NCBI GenBank assembly: GCA_964476895.1
Contig: CAYZCS010000001.1
Coordinates: 1,351 to 65,350, forward strand
Length of the DNA stretch: 64,000 nt
Direction: 5' to 3'
DNA from: an uncultured Candidatus Saccharibacteria bacterium
GTDB lineage: Bacteria > Patescibacteriota > SICC01
Shown in pieces: positions 35,982 through 45,575 of this stretch. The first letter of the stretch is position 1. The number at the start of each line of letters is the position of its first letter. The position numbers and the translations under genes were made by a program. A model generated the notes under the pieces. The model did no database searches. It saw only the letters and a program-made list of their open reading frames with translations, and was not told the DNA's origin.

Positions 35982-36647
35982 TTATGTCTTGCCGTCGTCA
36001 CGGGCCATTACGTCTTGCACTTTCAAGCCAACCTCTGCTGCCAGGTGCGGTGCCAGTAGCGCGAGCTGCAAAGAATCGATGACCGCGCCTTTCAGACTGG
36101 CGATGCCCCGGATACCCACGATATCGGATGACCGCAAATCCAGTCCCTTTGCACTGATGCCTGAAAACTCGACGTCTGCCAACTGACAACGCTCGAAAGA
36201 GACATGCTCGAATGTCGCACCCTGGAAGTCCGCCTCCCGCAAATCACACTCCTTGAAGCAGACACGTACGAACTTCGTGAACCGGAATGTCGCCAAATCG
36301 CACTTACTGTCGCTGATCACCGCGTCCCGCAGTTCGGACTCGTACAGCTTGATGCCGGTGAGCCGGCTGTCCTCGATGGTAATCCGGTGCATGCTCGCCC
36401 CGACACAATCAGCTGCGACTAGCTGGCAGGCGTTGAACGACGCATCCATCACGTCGAGCTTTTTCAGTTTCGCGCGAGACCAGTCGATTCCCTTGAGGCG
36501 TGCAGCATCGAACGACACATTGGGAAGATCGGCTTCTGCAAGATCCGATCCCTCTGCCCTGACGTTCTGGTAGCTACTTCCACCAACCATGCGTTTGAGT
36601 GGTTCCAGCGAACCCGTGATGTTCGGACGAGTAATGGACCGTGCCAT
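35982..36647 (-). CDS. Pentapeptide repeat protein
   Basis: Runs of A(D/N)(L/F)xx pentapeptides, e.g. CDLREADFQGATFEHVSFERCQL. Confidence 0.88.
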   Translation of the reverse strand: MARSITRPNITGSLEPLKRMVGGSSYQNVRAEGSDLAEADLPNVSFDAARLKGIDWSRAKLKKLDVMDASFNACQLVAADCVGASMHRITIEDSRLTGIKLYESELRDAVISDSKCDLATFRFTKFVRVCFKECDLREADFQGATFEHVSFERCQLADVEFSGISAKGLDLRSSDIVGIRGIASLKGAVIDSLQLALLAPHLAAEVGLKVQDVMARDDGKT

Positions 36648-36725
36648 GTATCCACTCTACTGCCCGCTTGGTGGAACAGCTAGCAGGGTCGACGCCGCGC
36701 TTAAGGCTCCCTATTAGTACTTTAT

Positions 36726-37235
36726 TTATAGAATCTTCGTCTGACCGTTCGGACCGAATAGTTCTCGCTTAGCTTTCTTGTACTCCGCCTCACTTTTACC
36801 TTCGAAACGGCGCTTCAATGCGTTGTATCGCTCAAGTAGCTCCCTGTTCGAACGCAACACATCCCGTACATTCGCGAAATCATCGTACGCGGAACCAACG
36901 ACGGTCAGCTGGATACCTACGGGAATCGCTGGATTAGCGTGATCTTCGAAGCTCGCAAAGCCATCGGTCCAGATTGTGTTCTCATGTCGGGGATTAAATC
37001 TACTGCGCAGTACGGCCTTCGCATTCTCAAAATCGCCTCCGGACACACTGACCTGGATATCTAAGTCCCCTTTCGTGATGGATCCCGGCACCGCCGTGCT
37101 ACCAACGTGCTGCACGTTTGCGCCAGGAAGCAACTCTAGAAGTAACTCCCGATAGCGCTCGAATTCCGTGTCGGCCGTTTCCTGGATTTCCTCGACGGGC
37201 ACGAAACGCACTTGAATAAAGCTACTTCCCCTCAT
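36726..37235 (-). CDS. GrpB-family nucleotidyltransferase-fold protein
   Basis: QHVGSTAVPG..TKGDLDI, RD.L, YNALK, YKKAK. Confidence 0.88.
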   Translation of the reverse strand: MRGSSFIQVRFVPVEEIQETADTEFERYRELLLELLPGANVQHVGSTAVPGSITKGDLDIQVSVSGGDFENAKAVLRSRFNPRHENTIWTDGFASFEDHANPAIPVGIQLTVVGSAYDDFANVRDVLRSNRELLERYNALKRRFEGKSEAEYKKAKRELFGPNGQTKIL

Positions 37236-37313
37236 TCTCCTTAATTCTAACCTTCACGATCTTCCGCACCAGCGCGACGATCCTCTGTCCGCCGCGGTTC
37301 TTAATCGCCTGCT

Positions 37314-38027
37314 TCACTTAATCCCTTTCAACCACCGTACCGTCGAGGCATACAGCTTTTCCGCTACGCCGTCTTCCTCGAAGCAGTGCCCCGCCCCTCG
37401 GATGACCTCATGAGCGCTCTTCCCCTGCGCGTTCTCCGCATACCGGCGACTCCCGCGCAGCACGCCGTTTCCAGCGGTAATGACCTTGAGTGGGTACGCG
37501 ATGTCCTTTCCGAGCTCTTCCCACGGAATGTTCGCATCCACGTCGACCATCCGTTTACCGAACAGGTAATCGACATACCCACGTATCCGGTACGCTTTCA
37601 GGCGCGGCTCGTACTTACTGCGCGAGCGGAGCAGCGCGAGCTTGTAGCTCGGGTCCCACAGCACCGCACCGTCCAAATCCTTGTCCTTCGACAGCAGGAT
37701 CGTCGTGCCGCCGTAGCTGTGCCCGACGGCGAAGATCTTCCGTTTGCCATGCTTCCGGAAGTACGCCACGACCGCGTCGAAGTCGGCGGCATGCGTCTTC
37801 AGCGTGGCTTGGCGGAGCGGCCGGCTGTCGTACAGGTAGTAGCGAAACGACGAAAAGCCCTGCTGCTCCAGGTACCGCGCGCCGTTGTAGAACTGGTGCT
37901 CGTTCGGATCGCCGGTCAGCCCGTGTACGAAGATTACCAGCGGCTTGGTCAGCGGTCCGCGCAGGAACCCCTTGACCGACTTCCCGCCGCCGACCGGCAT
38001 TCGGACGATTCTCTCCTTGGCTGCCAT
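37314..38027 (-). CDS. Alpha/beta hydrolase
   Basis: FVHGLTG, GHSYGG nucleophile elbow, GAGHCF. Confidence 0.88.
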   Translation of the reverse strand: MAAKERIVRMPVGGGKSVKGFLRGPLTKPLVIFVHGLTGDPNEHQFYNGARYLEQQGFSSFRYYLYDSRPLRQATLKTHAADFDAVVAYFRKHGKRKIFAVGHSYGGTTILLSKDKDLDGAVLWDPSYKLALLRSRSKYEPRLKAYRIRGYVDYLFGKRMVDVDANIPWEELGKDIAYPLKVITAGNGVLRGSRRYAENAQGKSAHEVIRGAGHCFEEDGVAEKLYASTVRWLKGIK

Positions 38028-38197
38028 GCGCCCATCGTACTGCACCGGCTGTATAGCTGCTTTCATTAAGAGTAAATCTGGCATATAAAAGAAGTCGCAC
38101 ATTCACAGCATTGGTTCCGGAACCGGCTGTCGCGAGCCATCAATCGTGACGTCCAACCGGAACCAAGGGTCCAACTCGGACCAGATCGGAGCAGACC

Positions 38198-38809
38198 ATG
38201 CGTTGTTATACCGTCTCGGACGGCAAGCTGAGCGAGGGCATCGCGGTCAACGTGGATCGCATCCCCTATACTGTCAGGTCTTCCCCCCAGGTGGGATCCG
38301 AGGACCACCTCATCCTCGGCCTCGGCCTTCGCGACATCCCTCCCCCTGACATCTATCGGGGTGAGGTGTTCCGCGCCGACTGGGATATGTACGGTGCCAG
38401 TGACCTCAAGCCGATGCTCCGGAAGGAGCGTGACGCCGGGCCAAACACCCAGACCGGGTTGCTCGTGCGGATCGTCGTGCCCAGGGCGGGATACGACAGC
38501 AGGCCCTTTTTCCTGACGATCAATGGTGACGCCCACCTCCTTGCGGGGCTGTACCGGGACGAGCACTCACGTACGAAGCGGTTCGCGAAGGATGGCAGCT
38601 TCAGGGAGATGGACGCCGTGTACTACTTCCAACCCGACTCCATCGCGAGGTTGACCTACTGGAAGCTGAGGTCGTCGGAGCGCTCTCCCGGTTCGCCCTG
38701 CGACTTCGCGCTCTTCTGCACCCAGGACGGCAAGCTCGGAATGGTCACCTGGGATCACTTCGCGGAGGAGTGCATCGCTACGCCGACCGGGACGGTCGTC
38801 GCCGTCTGA
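38198..38809 (+). CDS. Orphan hypothetical protein (203 aa)
   Basis: Long ORF with GC-rich codon usage; leader carries boxA-like GCACATTCACAG; structured 3' region follows. Confidence 0.65.
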   Translation: MRCYTVSDGKLSEGIAVNVDRIPYTVRSSPQVGSEDHLILGLGLRDIPPPDIYRGEVFRADWDMYGASDLKPMLRKERDAGPNTQTGLLVRIVVPRAGYDSRPFFLTINGDAHLLAGLYRDEHSRTKRFAKDGSFREMDAVYYFQPDSIARLTYWKLRSSERSPGSPCDFALFCTQDGKLGMVTWDHFAEECIATPTGTVVAV

Positions 38810-38870
38810 TTCACACCGGGGAACGGACCGTGATTCATGCACACCAGCATGCAGTCGCACCTTCCCCACT

Positions 38871-38908
38871 CTCCTGAGTGCATCTCCTTACGGAGGTGGG
38901 CTGAGGAG
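38871..38908 (+). repeat. Hairpin family C, copy 1
   Basis: ctcctgagtgcatctcc(ttac)ggaggtgggctgaggag; homologous to 47121-47157. Confidence 0.7.
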
Positions 38909-39097
38909 GTGCCCATATCCCGCCACTGCCGACGTTCACCAGCCAGTGAATGGCCACTTAGTCAGCAGACCAAGCGTACATAAACCCATCGTAGAGGCAC
39001 TTATATGATTGGTCGCTTGTTATTACCCCCGACAGGCGCATGCTACAAGCAAGATTCAATAAACTGAGCAGCGTTGACGCCTGCTTAGGGGGTGGGA

Positions 39098-39976
39098 ATG
39101 AAAAGGTTCAAACATACGACGGTATCCGCACTGGTTGCCGCTTTGGCGATCGGTTTTCCGGCGCAGGCCCTGGCCCAAGAGGCTCCGGTAGAACTCGGCA
39201 CCACCGAGGACTTCGCGGTCTTGGCCGGCACCGAGATCACCAACGTCCCCACTTCCGACATCACCGGAGACGTGGGCCTGAGCCCGGGCACCGGTGCCGC
39301 GATTACCGGACTGACCTGCGCGGAGGTGACCGGTACGATCTACGACGTTGACGGTACGTATCCGGACACCTGCGAGGTAACCGATCCCGCCCTGCTGACG
39401 ACGGCCAAAAACGACCTGGTTACGGCATATGACGATGCCGCCGGACGCACGCCGACCGAGACGTTCGCCGGCGGCGACAACCAGCTCGGCGGACAGACGC
39501 TGACCTCCGGCGTCTACGCGTTCGGCGCCGCGTCGACCGCCAACCTGGTCGGCACGCTGACGCTTAACGGCCAGAACGACCCGGATGCGGTATGGATCTT
39601 CCAGGCCTCATCCACCCTGGTAACGGCATCGAGCAGCGTGGTGAGTCTCACCAACGGCGCCCAAGCCTGCAACGTCTTCTGGCAGGTTGGCAGTTCCGCC
39701 ACGCTCGGATCCGACTCCGTGTTCGTCGGGACCATCATGGCCCTCACTTCCATCGGGTTGGATACCGGCGCCACCATCAACGGGGGCCAGGCGCTGGCAC
39801 GTGACGGCGCGGTCACCCTGGACCAGAACGTCATCACCGACTCGGCATGTGCGCTCTCCGAGCCCCCCGACGACGATGATGGTGATGACACGGACTCCGG
39901 TTCTGACACCGGCTCACTCGCCGCCGGCGATATCGTTCCCAAGCTACCGAACGCCGGAGCCGGTCCTCGCAACTAG
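39098..39976 (+). CDS. Secreted ice-binding-like (DUF3494) protein with a C-terminal LPNAG motif
   Basis: Signal peptide (AQALA), FAVLAG..ITN, GDVGLSPG, TLTSGVY, WIFQ, GAQACNVFWQVGSSATLG, GTIMA. Confidence 0.9.
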   Translation: MKRFKHTTVSALVAALAIGFPAQALAQEAPVELGTTEDFAVLAGTEITNVPTSDITGDVGLSPGTGAAITGLTCAEVTGTIYDVDGTYPDTCEVTDPALLTTAKNDLVTAYDDAAGRTPTETFAGGDNQLGGQTLTSGVYAFGAASTANLVGTLTLNGQNDPDAVWIFQASSTLVTASSSVVSLTNGAQACNVFWQVGSSATLGSDSVFVGTIMALTSIGLDTGATINGGQALARDGAVTLDQNVITDSACALSEPPDDDDGDDTDSGSDTGSLAAGDIVPKLPNAGAGPRN

Positions 39977-39994
39977 GACACGCCCTGCCAAGAT

Positions 39995-40591
39995 ATGCCT
40001 GCGGATAAGCCAGTTCGTCGCCGGATCTTCGCAGCCGTGATCGGCGTAGCGCTGGCCGGAGCGCTGGTCTCGTTCGGGTTGCTCGGATTGCTCGGGCCGT
40101 TCCGAACCGATTCGCCGCCGCGTACCGCCGAAACCACGGCGGTTCAGGTGGGCGTGCCGGTGCACCTGGAAATCCCGAAGATCGGGGTGGATGCGGCGAT
40201 CGAGCTTACCGGCCTGACGCGTCAGGGATTGATGGGCGTCCCGAAAGACCCCGACAACGCCGCCTGGTACAAGCACGGGCCGCGCCCCGGTGAGATAGGG
40301 AGCGCGGTGATCGACGGGCACTTCGACTGGGACAACGGGACCCCCGCGGTGTTCGATGATCTCCACAAGCTGCGGCCCGGCGACAAAGTGATGGTTACGG
40401 ACCGGCACGGCACGATCATCTCGTTCGTCGTGCGGAAGTCCCGGAACTATAGTCCGGAGGCAGATGCCACCAGCGTGTTCCGTTCCAGCGACGGGAAAGC
40501 CCACCTCAACCTGATCACCTGCACCGGCGTGTGGAACCAGGATCGAGACAGCTACTCACAACGTCTCGTGGTGTTCTCCGATCGGGAATAG
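39995..40591 (+). CDS. Class F sortase
   Basis: N-terminal TM helix, LEIPKIGVDA, WY..GPRPGEIGSAVIDGH, LNLITC, R. Confidence 0.92.
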   Translation: MPADKPVRRRIFAAVIGVALAGALVSFGLLGLLGPFRTDSPPRTAETTAVQVGVPVHLEIPKIGVDAAIELTGLTRQGLMGVPKDPDNAAWYKHGPRPGEIGSAVIDGHFDWDNGTPAVFDDLHKLRPGDKVMVTDRHGTIISFVVRKSRNYSPEADATSVFRSSDGKAHLNLITCTGVWNQDRDSYSQRLVVFSDRE

Positions 40592-40606
40592 CCAGGCAGA
40601 GATCTT

Positions 40607-41137
40607 CTATTTTCCCGCGGCCGCCCGCTCCAGCTCCGCGACGTCGATCTTCTTCATCGTGAGCATCGCGTCCATCACCCGGCCGGCCTTCTCCTTGTCC
40701 GGATCGGTCATCAGCTCGCCGAGCCGCTTCGGGACGATCTGCCAGGACAGGCCGTACTTGTCTTTCAGCCAGCCACACTGCTCCGACTCGGGCACCGCGG
40801 AGAAACGCTCCCAAAAGTAGTCGACTTCCGCCTGGTCCGCACACTCCACGTAGAACGAGACGCTCTCGTTGAATGTGAATATCGGTCCGCCGTCGAGCGC
40901 CATGAACCGCTGGCCGGCCAGCTCGAAGATCGCGGTGAGCACCTTGCCTTCCATGTCTTTCATCGGACCGACCTGCTTACCTTCCGGATACCGCTCGATG
41001 CTGACGATCCGCGACTCCGCGCGCTTCCCTGGCGCGGCGCTGAAGGTGTCCACGTAGAAGGTGATCGCCTCCTCGCACTCCTTGTCGAACCACAGGCTGG
41101 GAACGATCTTCTGCGTACGCTGCGTATCCTCCGTCAT
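40607..41137 (-). CDS. VOC/PhnB-like (3-demethylubiquinone-9 3-methyltransferase family) protein
   Basis: KIVPSLWFD, FMALDGGP.F.FNESVSF, CGWLKDKYGLSWQIVP. Confidence 0.9.
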   Translation of the reverse strand: MTEDTQRTQKIVPSLWFDKECEEAITFYVDTFSAAPGKRAESRIVSIERYPEGKQVGPMKDMEGKVLTAIFELAGQRFMALDGGPIFTFNESVSFYVECADQAEVDYFWERFSAVPESEQCGWLKDKYGLSWQIVPKRLGELMTDPDKEKAGRVMDAMLTMKKIDVAELERAAAGK

Positions 41138-41562
41138 GCCGAACCCATCTCGCCGCTACCGACGTTCACCATCCAATGGATGCCGTACTTGTCGGTCACC
41201 ATACCGAAGAGGTCACCCCAGAACGCTTTCTCCAGCGGCATCGTCACCGTGCCGCCCTCGCTGAGACCGTCGAAGCACTCCCGGAGCTTCTGCTCGTCCG
41301 AGCCGTTGATCGAGAGAGCCACGTTCGTCCCGGCCACGTAGTCCTCGTCCTTCGGGCCGTCACTGGCGAACAGGCTCACCGCCCCGCCCTGGAGCGACGC
41401 GTGCATGATCAGCGCCTGCTTTTCCTCCGGAAAGTCCATCGGCGTGTCGCCGAACGTCTGCATCTGCAGCTCGCCGCCGAAGATGCCACGGTAGAATTCC
41501 ATGGCTTCCTTGGTCTTGCCGTCTTTGAAGCTGAGATACGGGGTCAGGGTCGTGTCGCTCAT
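41134..41562 (-). CDS. VOC/PhnB-like protein
   Basis: LTPYLSF..EAMEFY, MHASL, MPLEKAFWG..FGMVTDKYGIHWMVN. Confidence 0.9.
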   Translation of the reverse strand: MSDTTLTPYLSFKDGKTKEAMEFYRGIFGGELQMQTFGDTPMDFPEEKQALIMHASLQGGAVSLFASDGPKDEDYVAGTNVALSINGSDEQKLRECFDGLSEGGTVTMPLEKAFWGDLFGMVTDKYGIHWMVNVGSGEMGSA

Positions 41563-41741
41563 GGGCCTCCTTGGTCATGTTACTGCGAGACCATTGTACG
41601 CCCATGCTCAGAGACGTGGCGGTAGACCTCACTCGAAAGCATCAGCGGTGCGAGGCCTTCAGCGATATGCTACAGTTAACTGCTTTCGACGCAGAAGGCA
41701 TTAACAGCACGCTTTCCATGATCCCGACAGAAAGGGGAAAC

Positions 41742-42239
41742 GTGATCACTGGTCGTAGAATACTGACACTGCTGCTCATCGTCGCAGTGGGGACCGTCGG
41801 CTTCTTCGTGGGAGGGAATCTCCGCGAGAACGACGACGCGGACTCCGCCACGCGGACGAGCGGCGCGAGCCAGCCACTCATTCCGCCAAGTTGGGCTGAC
41901 TGCTCGATCATCGTCGTAACACGTCAACAGTTCAGTCCGGTCGTGGACGCGCCCTTCTGCAAGCAATCGACTTTCCTGCTCCGGAGGGCGCTGGTGCCGA
42001 GCCAAGAGGCCCGGCCTAACGAGTGCCGGCTTGATGTGGACTTTTACGACCTCAGACGACGGTTTTTCGATCGCGATGACGGGCCTCGGCTTGCGAAATA
42101 CCGCGATCGCTTCTCGATCTCGTGCAGGAAGATCCTGTTCGTCATACACAACCCCAGCGAGATCGCGTCGTACGAGCACGACGTAGTCAGCAGCGGGGTC
42201 TTGGAGCCCGGCCAAAAGGGCCACAACCTCCATCCATAG
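41742..42239 (+). CDS. Exported four-cysteine protein, paralogue A
   Basis: GAAAGGGG RBS plus GTG; N-terminal hydrophobic helix; shares DC.I.VVT, FCKQS, ECRLD, C..I.FV and L.PGQK with 43943-44557. Confidence 0.75.
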   Translation: MITGRRILTLLLIVAVGTVGFFVGGNLRENDDADSATRTSGASQPLIPPSWADCSIIVVTRQQFSPVVDAPFCKQSTFLLRRALVPSQEARPNECRLDVDFYDLRRRFFDRDDGPRLAKYRDRFSISCRKILFVIHNPSEIASYEHDVVSSGVLEPGQKGHNLHP

Positions 42240-42254
42240 CTGCCGCACCGCACC

Positions 42255-42302
42255 GTCCCCGCCCGGAACCACTCCTCATCAAGGAGCCGGGCGGGGACTT
42301 TT
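42255..42302 (+). repeat. Bulged-hairpin repeat family B, copy 1
   Basis: gtccccgcccgg-aacca-ctcct(catca)aggag-ccgggcggggac-tttt. Confidence 0.85.
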
Positions 42303-42387
42303 GCTGTACCCAAAGAGTAAGATGCGGATAGCCGCGACGGGAAAGCCCGACGCCACGGTCGAAGTCTGATCTGCCCCAGCGGTCCGC

Positions 42388-43713
42388 TCAGTCGCGGCGG
42401 ATCCGGGACGGATGCACCGGTACGAGGTCCCGATGCAAGGTTGTCGCGAGCTCCGCGGCTGCGTCGGCGGCATCCACGCCTTGCAGGTTACGAGTAAGCG
42501 CATCGAGGGAAAAGAAATCTTTCGGCAATCCGCCCTCGTCATGCTCCCATCCGTACTGCTTGACCTCCGTCTTTTTGACTCCGCCCGGACGGCGCGCGTA
42601 CGTGTCGTGCTCCTGGTCGTGGACCCACGGCAGGATCCGTACCTGCCCCGGCTCGCTACGTAGTTCGAGCATCGTCGAGGTTTCCGGGTCGAAGTAGTAC
42701 GCGAACGTTTCGCTGCCCGCCGTGCCGGCATCGTGCGCCTGGTCGACCAGGCCTTTGCACCGGTTATCGATACGGGCCACGTCGGCCTCGAAGTTCTCCT
42801 CCCGTTCACGCTCGACCCGGTGCAGGAGCAGCGCGACCGTCTCATGACGGGATTCCACTTCCAGCCCGATCTGTTCCGCGGCGACCAGGTCGGCCTGCGC
42901 GATCTCCAGTAGCTCCTGGGTGCTGAGTCCGAGCTCGGCTTCGCGTCCACGGTACCGGTCCGCGATATCCAGGATCGCCGTGGTGTGCCGCCGGACGAAC
43001 TTCGGAGGTACCGGCTTGGTCTCCATGGAGACCACCGACCGGCGCAACGCGATCTCCGCCGCGTCGAGTTTCGCCAGCGGCGCCTCAGCATCGCGGCCGC
43101 GCCGCATCCGCTGGCGACCGACTTTCGCGACCTCAAGCGCCCGGGCGGTCCAGCGCTTCTGCTGGGGATACCGCTCCAACCCGATCACCTCCGACGCTTC
43201 GATCATGTCCGCGGCCAGCCAGACGTGGGCAATGGCGGCTTCCCGCCGTTCTTCCGTAAGCGGGCCGGGTTTCTCGAAGACCACCCGCTCGTAGGTCTCG
43301 ATCGCCCGACCCGCGGCATTGATGGCCGTCTTGGGCCGCGGGGACCCTGGCACCTCCCACTGGTGCATCCGGAGTTCGGTGAGCGAGCTGGCGCCGACGG
43401 TGTGCGCCCACGCCAATTGGAAGCGCGGTTCCGCATCCGCGACACCCTTGCCTACGGCACGGGTCACCCGGGCACGGGTACCCTGGAGAGCGTCGTGCGC
43501 ATCGAGCAACTGCGCCCAGTGCGGCGCACGGGATTCGATGTCCGCGGGAACGTCCTCGGGCAGCCCGTTGATCGCCTCCCATGCGTCCTCGGCGCGACGT
43601 TGTACGGATTCCACCAGCAACCGGTCCGCGGCCCGCCGATACGCTTCTTCGCGCGGCAGTCCTTCGGTGCCGTCCGGCGACAGCTCTGGCTCGGTGTTTC
43701 CGGGTAGTGTCAT
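42388..43713 (-). CDS. Hypothetical mostly helical protein (441 aa)
   Basis: Long ORF with an acidic/Pro-rich N-terminus; no family recognised. Confidence 0.7.
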   Translation of the reverse strand: MTLPGNTEPELSPDGTEGLPREEAYRRAADRLLVESVQRRAEDAWEAINGLPEDVPADIESRAPHWAQLLDAHDALQGTRARVTRAVGKGVADAEPRFQLAWAHTVGASSLTELRMHQWEVPGSPRPKTAINAAGRAIETYERVVFEKPGPLTEERREAAIAHVWLAADMIEASEVIGLERYPQQKRWTARALEVAKVGRQRMRRGRDAEAPLAKLDAAEIALRRSVVSMETKPVPPKFVRRHTTAILDIADRYRGREAELGLSTQELLEIAQADLVAAEQIGLEVESRHETVALLLHRVEREREENFEADVARIDNRCKGLVDQAHDAGTAGSETFAYYFDPETSTMLELRSEPGQVRILPWVHDQEHDTYARRPGGVKKTEVKQYGWEHDEGGLPKDFFSLDALTRNLQGVDAADAAAELATTLHRDLVPVHPSRIRRD

Positions 43714-43942
43714 AGCGAACTAACGTACCCGACAATCATACCTTTGGCAATGCGGCGGACCTAGTCGGTCGGCAATCTTACCAGTTATTGCCTTAACCAA
43801 GGTCTTCTAAAAGCATTGCAAGTATGTTAGGGTGAGATGTCTTTCCCTGGCGGAAAGGCATTAACAACACTTCCTTCGGTCGGGGCAGGCGTCCCGGGTA
43901 CGCTCGCCCCTGGAGCGCCCGTTCCCGACAGGAAGGAGAGAC

Positions 43943-44557
43943 GTGGGCAACTCTCGAAAGTTGATGGTACTCGTCGCGGTCGCGGTCGTCGCGGTTTTCG
44001 CGGCCAGCTGCGGCGGGGACGACGGCAAGGTCACCGTCGTGACCGAGACGGTCACGACCGATGAGCCGGTGCAGCTCCCGAAGGTCACGGCCGAGCAGAA
44101 GCAGGCTCAGGCACGAGCAGTGAAGCAGGTGCGGGACTTGGACGCCGACTGCACCATCGTCGTCGTCACGCTCGCGGACCAACGCGCCAAGATCCAGCGG
44201 CCGTTCTTCTGCAAGCAGTCCGTGCTGCGCGTAAAGAAGAACCTGCCCCTCTCGCCGTTCGCGGCGGAGGATGAGTGCCGGCTCGACTACGAGCCGACGA
44301 CACTCTACTCAGAGGGCAAGGGCTACTGGCAGACGGTCATCGTCCTGAGCCAGTCCTGGCCACGCTTCACGCCGAAGTGCAAGCGCATCCGCTTCGTGGT
44401 GTTCGCCACGCAAGATGAGGATGTCGTCGACTACGCGCGTGAGGCACCGCTCACACGGGGGAAGCTCAAGCCGGGCCAAAAGGCCTACTACACCCCCGAC
44501 CCCGGTCTGCGGGAGTACCAAAGGGAGTACGGCAAGTTCAGCCAGCACGCCCAGTAA
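43943..44557 (+). CDS. Lipoprotein, four-cysteine paralogue B
   Basis: GAAGGAG RBS; lipobox FAAS-C; homologous to 41742-42239. Confidence 0.8.
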   Translation: MGNSRKLMVLVAVAVVAVFAASCGGDDGKVTVVTETVTTDEPVQLPKVTAEQKQAQARAVKQVRDLDADCTIVVVTLADQRAKIQRPFFCKQSVLRVKKNLPLSPFAAEDECRLDYEPTTLYSEGKGYWQTVIVLSQSWPRFTPKCKRIRFVVFATQDEDVVDYAREAPLTRGKLKPGQKAYYTPDPGLREYQREYGKFSQHAQ

Positions 44558-44582
44558 TCCTGTAGTCGCCCGCGTCACACCC

Positions 44583-44630
44583 GTCCCCGTCCGGAACCAC
44601 TTCTTTTTTAGAAGCCGGACGGGGACCTTT
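44583..44630 (+). repeat. Bulged-hairpin repeat family B, copy 2
   Basis: gtccccgtccgg-aacca-cttct(ttttt)agaag-ccggacggggac-cttt. Confidence 0.85.
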
Positions 44631-44893
44631 GCTATATCGACTTACGAGTACGTCTTTGCGCTTTATCTGCCTTCCGTCAACAGCTACCTCTTGCCCAGTT
44701 TGAGTCCGCTAGCATATCATGCATTATGGCCTTTACAAAGCGATTTATTTACGATACGATTCGAGGCCGATTAGCACGTTAACATCCGCACCGGAGAGCT
44801 CAGCGAGCGTACACCGTGCGCCTGATGAGCTCTCCGTTGCTGCTGCGGCCGAGCACCACTACACGACATCCAGCAGCCGAAAGGAAAGTCATC

Positions 44894-45481
44894 ATGACCG
44901 TCACCATGCTCGTTCCGGATTGGAACGCGACCGACGAGTTGCGAGAGGTCCACGAGGCGCGAGAGGCCTCAAGGCGAGATTCCGGGGTGCCCCTGTCAAC
45001 GATGAACCAATGGTTCCGTAACACCGATATAAATTGGGATAGCGAGATCGGAGACTATTTCAGGATCCTGAGTCGTCTAGGGGATGTTCCCAAGCATCTG
45101 AAGGACATCCGGTTTCCACGTGTCGGGCTCTCGCGAGCCAATTCGCCGCTCACCCAGGCCATCGATGGGCCGTACGAGGATGACTGCGTCACCGGCCGTG
45201 TCGAGAGCTATGTCCGCGATGGAGTGATCCAGCAGAGCATCGTGGTCTGGGGCTCGAATCTCATCATGGTCAACCAGTTCTTCGACGCCCTCGTGGCCGG
45301 TAAGAAGCACGACTGGAACATGAACCCGGCGCCGCTGGCGAGGGAGACGATCACCATCCGTGACGTCCTACCCGACGGCAAGACCCGCACAGTCGAGGTC
45401 GAGTTCCCTGTAACCAGCCAGGCTCTGCTCGGGCTGGCTCGCCGGCTCGCCGATCCGTCGGACAAGAGGCCCGTCAGCTAG
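44894..45481 (+). CDS. Orphan hypothetical protein (195 aa)
   Basis: GAAAGGA RBS, boxA-like GCACGTTAACAT in the leader, 3' hairpin at 45497-45540. Confidence 0.65.
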   Translation: MTVTMLVPDWNATDELREVHEAREASRRDSGVPLSTMNQWFRNTDINWDSEIGDYFRILSRLGDVPKHLKDIRFPRVGLSRANSPLTQAIDGPYEDDCVTGRVESYVRDGVIQQSIVVWGSNLIMVNQFFDALVAGKKHDWNMNPAPLARETITIRDVLPDGKTRTVEVEFPVTSQALLGLARRLADPSDKRPVS

Positions 45482-45496
45482 CAGCAATGGAAGCAC

Positions 45497-45540
45497 CGGG
45501 CGGGCAGCCACAGACAACCAACGTCTCCGCTGCCCGCCCG
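45497..45540 (+). terminator. 3' hairpin with an AACCAAC loop
   Basis: cgggcgggcagc/gctgcccgcccg (12 bp) enclosing agac-aaccaac-gtct; lies between convergent genes. Confidence 0.65.
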
Positions 45541-45575
45541 TTACCACTTTATGTGGTACTTAAACGTGCTACCTG

